Below, one piece after another: positions 58,776 to 64,000 of a DNA stretch of 64,000 bases. Position 1 is the first letter of the stretch. Each line of letters begins with the position of its first letter. Origin of the DNA: Moniliella sp. 'wahieum' (Eukaryota). The DNA lies in assembly GCA_003971905.1 (NCBI GenBank), contig RSEE01000062.1:248001-312000 (forward strand), in the 5' to 3' direction. The translations under genes and the position numbers were made by a program. The notes beneath the pieces were generated by a model. That model had not been told where the DNA came from. It did not search any database and saw only the letters and a program-made list of their open reading frames with translations.

Positions 58776-60442
58776 ATGCGTTGTCTGGTGCGCCCGGTTG
58801 TCGGCCGTGTGTCGACCCTGAGCGCCAGTGTGGCCCATGCTCGTCGCGGGCTTGCCTCACTCGCGCCAGTTCCCGTCAGTGATCGCACCGACGACGGCGG
58901 GCGGCTTGAGATCCATGAGGCCTACCAGCCCTGGGGCCAGCTTCCCGATCCGCCCGTCATGCGCAACCATGCTCTGGTTGAGGCGCGCTTCAAGTGTTTC
59001 ATTCCGTTGCGTTCTCGTGTTCTGGCCGACGGTTCCCACCGTGTTGGAAAGCCTAACAAGACTCTTGTCGGTCTTGCCGACAACAAAATTTGGCCCTCGA
59101 GCCGCGAGTCTGGCACATACAACTTTGGTCACAAATTCCCGCTCCCGGGTCGAGCTCTGGTGCCTCGCGTGCGTCGTCTGGAGCGCAAGAGGATGATGCG
59201 TGCTGTTAAGGAAGCCAAGAAAGAGGCCCAACTGGCCTCTCGTCTGGGGCTCAAGACCCGGATCCAAACACCCTACGTTCGTGTCGATGGTGCTTTCAAG
59301 ACTTTCAAGCCCATCACGCCCGGTATTCGCCATACCCGTCTGCTGTACAACCCTTACCTCTTCCGTGGTGAGCCCGAATATGGCCTGACGGTTGCGCTGC
59401 GCAAGTCGGGTGGTCGTTCAGAAAATGGGCGGATCGCCACGCGTGGTATTGGTGGTGGCCACAAGCAACGTATTCGTCTCGTGGACTTTTCCCGTTGGGA
59501 GCCCGGTGTTCAGGACGTGCTTACCATCGAGTATGATCCTGGTCGTTCGTCCCACGTTGCACTGATTGAGAACCGGGAGACCAAGGTTCGTTCGTACATC
59601 GTTGCGGCCGATGGTCTTCGTGCTGGCGACACGGTTCGCTCTTACCGTCGCGACGGTGTTTCGACCTTCCGCAACCCCGAGATGGACAACACGCGTTTCA
59701 CTGAAGAGGAATTGCCAAGGCCCCGCTCGACCTGGGTATGTTCCGTATGCAGGCGTTGCGCCCGGGTAACTGTTTGCCTCTCTCGCTCATCCCTATCGGT
59801 ACCGAGATCCACAATGTGACCATTGCGGCCAAGGGCAAGGGTAAGCTCATTCGTTCTGCTGGTTCCTGCGGTCAGCTGGTGGGCTTTATGCACCGTAAAA
59901 CTGGTGCCCGCCCTGGCCCGCTCATGGGTGAGTTGACGGAGAAAGGTACGCCTATCCCGCGTCCCGAGCTGCTGCCTGGTAATGCGGAGGAGAACGCTCT
60001 CTTGCCCCGCGAGAAGCAACTGGAGAAGCTCTTGGGTGGTAAGGAAGCTGCCCTTGCTATGGCAGACAAGCCTACGGCCACCCACGCAGTCATTAAGATG
60101 CAGAGTGGTGAAGTGCGTATGGTGCCGGTCAATGGTGCGGCAACGATTGGCCGTGTGAGCAACACCAACTGGCAGCACCGCAAGCTGGGTAAGGCTGGTC
60201 GTGCCCGTTGGCTCGGCCGTCGTCCTAAGGTTCGTGGTGTGGCTATGAACCACTGTGACCACCCGAACGGTGGTGGCCGCGGTAAATCCAAGGGTAACCA
60301 CCAGTCCAAGGATCGGTGGGGCAACCTGGCCCGTGGTGGCCGTACTCGTCGCCCTACCGACCGGGGCGGTAACATTATGGTCCTTCGCCAGAGGCCACGC
60401 AAGGGCGGCCACCGTGGTAAGCCCAAGTACCTCAACGGCTAA
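58776..60442 (+). CDS. RML2: Mitochondrial ribosomal protein uL2m (one frameshift near 59720)
   Basis: Presequence MRCLVRPVVGRVSTLS; KTFKPITPGIRH, KSGGRSENGRIATRGIGGGHKQRIRLVDF, IEYDPGRSSHVAL, GNCLPL..IPIGTEIHNV, LGKAGRARWLGRRPKVRGVAMNHCDHPNGGGRGKSKG. Confidence 0.97.
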
Positions 60443-61240
60443 GGGTACAGCGCTGCGAGTGATTGGCTCCTGTGCAAGTGGTTGCGCAATGTCTATGTGT
60501 GCCACATGGAGCGTGATTCGTTTTTACTGGTAGTTGCTAGAGAAGTGGGGCATGGTCACTGAGGCTAAGACGCTAGCCAATCTTCCAAGAGGAGGAGCAA
60601 GGAATGAGAACGGCCGGATCAAGAGAGTGAGAGGGGCCAAAAGCCAATGCTACTACATATCAGTGTCGTTACAAGTTCGTGTTATGTGTTATGCCATGCT
60701 GGTGGTGCTGATGTGCGTGTGCCCAATGTTGGCGGCCATGGGCGGAAAGGACGCAGGAGGAGTAGTATTGCGGCGGTGGGAGGAGGTGGTTTGAAATGGC
60801 TGACGTAGCGGTGTGGGTTACTGCTGGCTGCTGGCTGCGCGGAGGCAACTGGGCACGGGAGGAGTGCTGCTTAGTTAAGCGGCAGCGCTGCGACCCACAC
60901 TGGCCACATGGGAGACGAGGGGCGGGCTAATAAAAGAGCCCAGCTCCTGGCCTGCCTGCTGCCTGCGCTGCCTGCGCTGCCTGCCCCCTGCCTCGCCCCA
61001 AGCCTCGCCTGCAGCAAGCCGGTCTTGGCTGTGCTCTCGACGGGTGGATGCGTTGCGTCGCCCCGCATCGCCCCCCGGTCGCCCCCTCTCTCCCTTGCTC
61101 AGCACGCCCTCGAGCAGCCCTCGTCCACCACACATCCACCCTTGCTGCCCACTGCCACCCACCCGTCCGCTGGGCTTGCCCCACCCCTCCTTCCCCCTGG
61201 CTAGATACCGTGCCTCTGCCGCACCCCTGTGTCGGCCGCC

Positions 61241-63510
61241 ATGTCTGCCGTTGCCTCTCCCCCCCCCTCGACCCCCCCGTCCCCCCACCCCCAGACCTTT
61301 CCTTCGAGCGCAACCCTGCCCTCTACCAGCCCGCCTTTGACATATACCGCCTCGTTGGTGACGACGAGCACACCTCCGGCGTAACTGGGATGGCGCTGCT
61401 GGCCGCGCACCCCGACCGCTCGCTGTCCTGCGCAACGGCACCATTACCCAGTCCAGCTGGCCCCTTCCCTCCCCCCTCCCGCGCTTGGACCCCGAGAACA
61501 GGCTGCCGCATCCATGCCCCCCAAGCAGCTCCAAGCTCGCTTCTTTCACCGCTCTCCTCATCCCCAGCCGCGATGAGGCCGACCACCTGCTCTACATTGA
61601 TGCCAAGGGCTTTGTTGTTCTTATGGTCATCTCGGTTGCTCCGGACACGGGGCTGCTCACCCCCTTACCCACCCCATCCATCGCATCTCTCTCTACTCCC
61701 CCCCAGCTCCCTAGTGCCGCTAGCCTAGGCGGCCACCTCTGGCTGGTCCACGACGGTGCTGAAGACAGTACCCTCAAGCTTCTCAAGGCTCATGAGGCGG
61801 AGACGAATGCCCTGGTCACGTATGAGCGCTGGCTCAGCTCGCCCGTAGCAGAATACCCAACTCCATCGTCCTTCTCCCGGTTTGGCAAGGTCGGATCTCT
61901 CCTCTCTGCCCGTTTTGCGGACTCGCGTCGGACTCAAGCTCTGATCCTGTTCCAGTCCACTTTTCCGCAAGCAAGGAATCTGCAGGATCGGCCCAGGCAG
62001 ACCGCGCTACCGCATTCAACGTTGCTCTGGTTCGTTTGCGCCTGCCCTCTCCCGACGAGCGCTACCTCAACGCCCGCTATGGTGAAGATTTCGAGGTCCT
62101 GTGGATTCTTCGCGGCACCGACCCAATTTACCAAGCGATCGAAATCCCTGGTCCGCTCGATGACCCGATTTCCTGGTACCTCCTCTCGGCTGGCAAATAT
62201 CAGCTGTACAAGGGTCCCAACCTCGACTCTTCCTCCCATTAGTCCAGTATCCCACATGGGTCTGGGAGCCGGCCCCACGACAGTGCGCTCTGCAAACCCA
62301 ATCGCAGCCTGCCTATACATGGGCTCAAACTTCCGAGATGGTGACTGTCGCCTTTTCCCTCCCGCTCAGCTTGAAGTCGGAGGACATTTCCATCCATTTT
62401 ACCGAACCCTCAGGCTTGTCGTTGTCGATCAGTACGTCAGCCGACGTGGGTCCACAAGTGGTACAATTTTCACCGGGGGGAAGCCCCGCGCTTCCTTGGG
62501 AGAACGTACTGGCCACCGAACTCCAGCAAGGCCGATATATCAACCAAAAGCTCTGGGCTCCCATCGATGCGGCGAAATGTAAGTGGGAATGGAAATCGTT
62601 TCATCGAAAGAAGGAGCCAGGCGAATTTGGTGTCTTGAAACTCTTTATCGCCAAGAAGAAGAAGGTACCGTTGGACACAGGTCTTTGCCGATCAGCCGAC
62701 GCGACAAGGCAGGTTGTCTGATGATGTTCTTGAAACCCTCAGCCCGTCCGATTTAGTGCGCGCACTCGAGGGACTGGAGAAGTACACATCGGACCAGGTG
62801 GACGAGGGACCCATGCTTGCACCCGGTATGATTCCGACTCAGACGACTTTACTTCACGACCCGCTCGAGGAGGAAGATGCGACGGTGGGGCGCTCTTTGC
62901 AAGTTACGAAGGTGACCCACTTTGCCCCTGCTATCCCCCCCTCTCTCTGGCAGCCCTGAAGAAACGATGCTGGCTCTGACAATTCCTGGCCGTACTTCCT
63001 TTCCCTTGCAAGGTGGAGAGAACGCATATACCGTGCCCAGATGTTTGACTATCAGCCAAGGGCTGGATGGTGCAGTGTTTGCTATGGGTCCGGACAACCC
63101 AAAGCATGTGGGCCATCTTCCTGGCCTGGCCTACGTGCTAGCTAGCAAGACGGATGCCCAATTGTTCTACACTACCCTTACTTCCCGGCCGCCAGCGGGC
63201 GAGGCAGCCAGTGCTACCGAAGGCGAGGCCCGAGCGGTCGCCTTGGCCTTCGTGTCTCCTCCACCCTCACCATTAGGCGGTACACGGAAAGCGGGAACAT
63301 TGTTCATGTACACCGCTCCGCCCACCACGGATGGGCAGCCTGGTTGTGTGGGTGAAAGCCGGGTGATGTCGCTGGGCCATGAAGATGCAGGCCAATTACT
63401 GGATGTGGTTGAGTTTGCTCCCAACTCAAGGTGGCTCTCAGGCCAAGCCATGTCGCGCACTGTTTTGCATGTCGGAAGAGCAACTGACTATCGTCCAAGG
63501 GTTGCTCTGA
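61241..63510 (+). CDS. NudC domain-containing protein 1 (NUDCD1/CML66-like, CS/p23 domain), frameshifted
   Basis: FERNPALYQPAFDIYRL (N-terminal motif); CS-domain VTVAFSLP...EDISIHF...KLWAPID...W; VLETLSPSDL..ALEGLEKYT; DGAVF...HVGHLPGLAYVLASK. Confidence 0.8.
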
Positions 63511-64000
63511 CTGCGGGTTAATGATTGACAAGGAACGCACACGCCTTGTATGCTATGTACCTTGGTTTGTGGCAATAACCAGATGTAAGCAGGAGGGCAA
63601 GCAATTGCGTTGTTGGCAGAGCCATTACATGTCAATTTTGGGAGTTAGGAGTCCAACCGTCGCAGAGCCCGGGGTTGAGGGACATAAGAGGTACAAGCTT
63701 GAGCATGCCAGCACAGCAGATGGCACACACTATACAAGTGCGGTCTGGAACGAGTCGGTGGGACCTGTAGAGGTGTACCCCCTGTTTCATGGTTGGACGG
63801 ACAGCCCCAGACGGGGAGAGGGTCCATCCAACATACCCACTATGGGGTTAGGGGAAACTAGAGTGCCAACATGACGCTTAGCGCAGACGGCTACAAAAAA
63901 AAAATGAGTTAGGTACATCGCATCTAACAAAGTTCGGACGGGGTACGCACCGAGCCTCACGCTCCGACTCGAGGAGAGCAAGGATGTCGTCAACCTTAAC

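Noticed and set aside
2..64000. Hundreds of long overlapping or antisense ORFs (e.g. 2-787+, 24874-26367-, 40629-41969-, 59642-60505-)
   Set aside because: Expected shadow ORFs in high-GC DNA; they are Arg/Pro/Ala/Gly-rich with no family motifs, and the true frame is usually identifiable on the other strand or frame.
63560..64000. Possible 3' end of a minus-strand gene at the window edge
   Set aside because: Too short and fragmented to assign; only weak intron-like signals.

Overview
GC-rich, gene-dense, intron-poor eukaryotic (fungal) chromosome segment. The intron style (GTACGT/GTAAGT donors, CTGAC/CTAAC branch points ~20-30 nt before YAG) and gene content suggest a basidiomycete, probably Ustilaginomycotina-like; that assignment is inference. 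Most long genes are broken by 1-bp frameshifts, including essential ones, which points to an unpolished long-read assembly, so gene ends are approximate. Recognisable genes in order: AP-1 gamma adaptin (partial), CBP80, kinesin-3, HEM12, a glycogenin-like protein with a degenerate active site, SWS1/ZSWIM7, a very divergent beta-tubulin, intron-containing tRNA-Leu(UAA), a DUF1399/GRDP protein, mitochondrial ALDH, a GH63-like (YMR196W-type) glycosidase, an XRCC2-like RAD51 paralog, a CACTA/EnSpm transposase, V-ATPase subunit f (RNASEK-like), NHP6-like HMG protein, Ras2, Las17/WASP, a coiled-coil hypothetical, an R3H protein, an AAAP amino-acid permease, an RsfS/Rrg9 fusion gene, mitochondrial uL2 (RML2) and NUDCD1. 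Best candidate novelty: one reading frame in which an Rrg9/neugrin domain is nested inside a split RsfS (Iojap/MALSU1/Atp25-N) domain, i.e. two mitoribosome large-subunit biogenesis factors fused, lying head-to-head with the mitoribosomal protein uL2m gene. Also notable: a glycogenin pseudo-enzyme that keeps the acceptor tyrosine, a beta-tubulin altered at benzimidazole-site residues, a linked Sws1 and XRCC2-like pair, and recurrent intergenic 7-bp tandem repeats built from 6-bp palindromes. All protein-family calls come from recalled motifs, not database searches.
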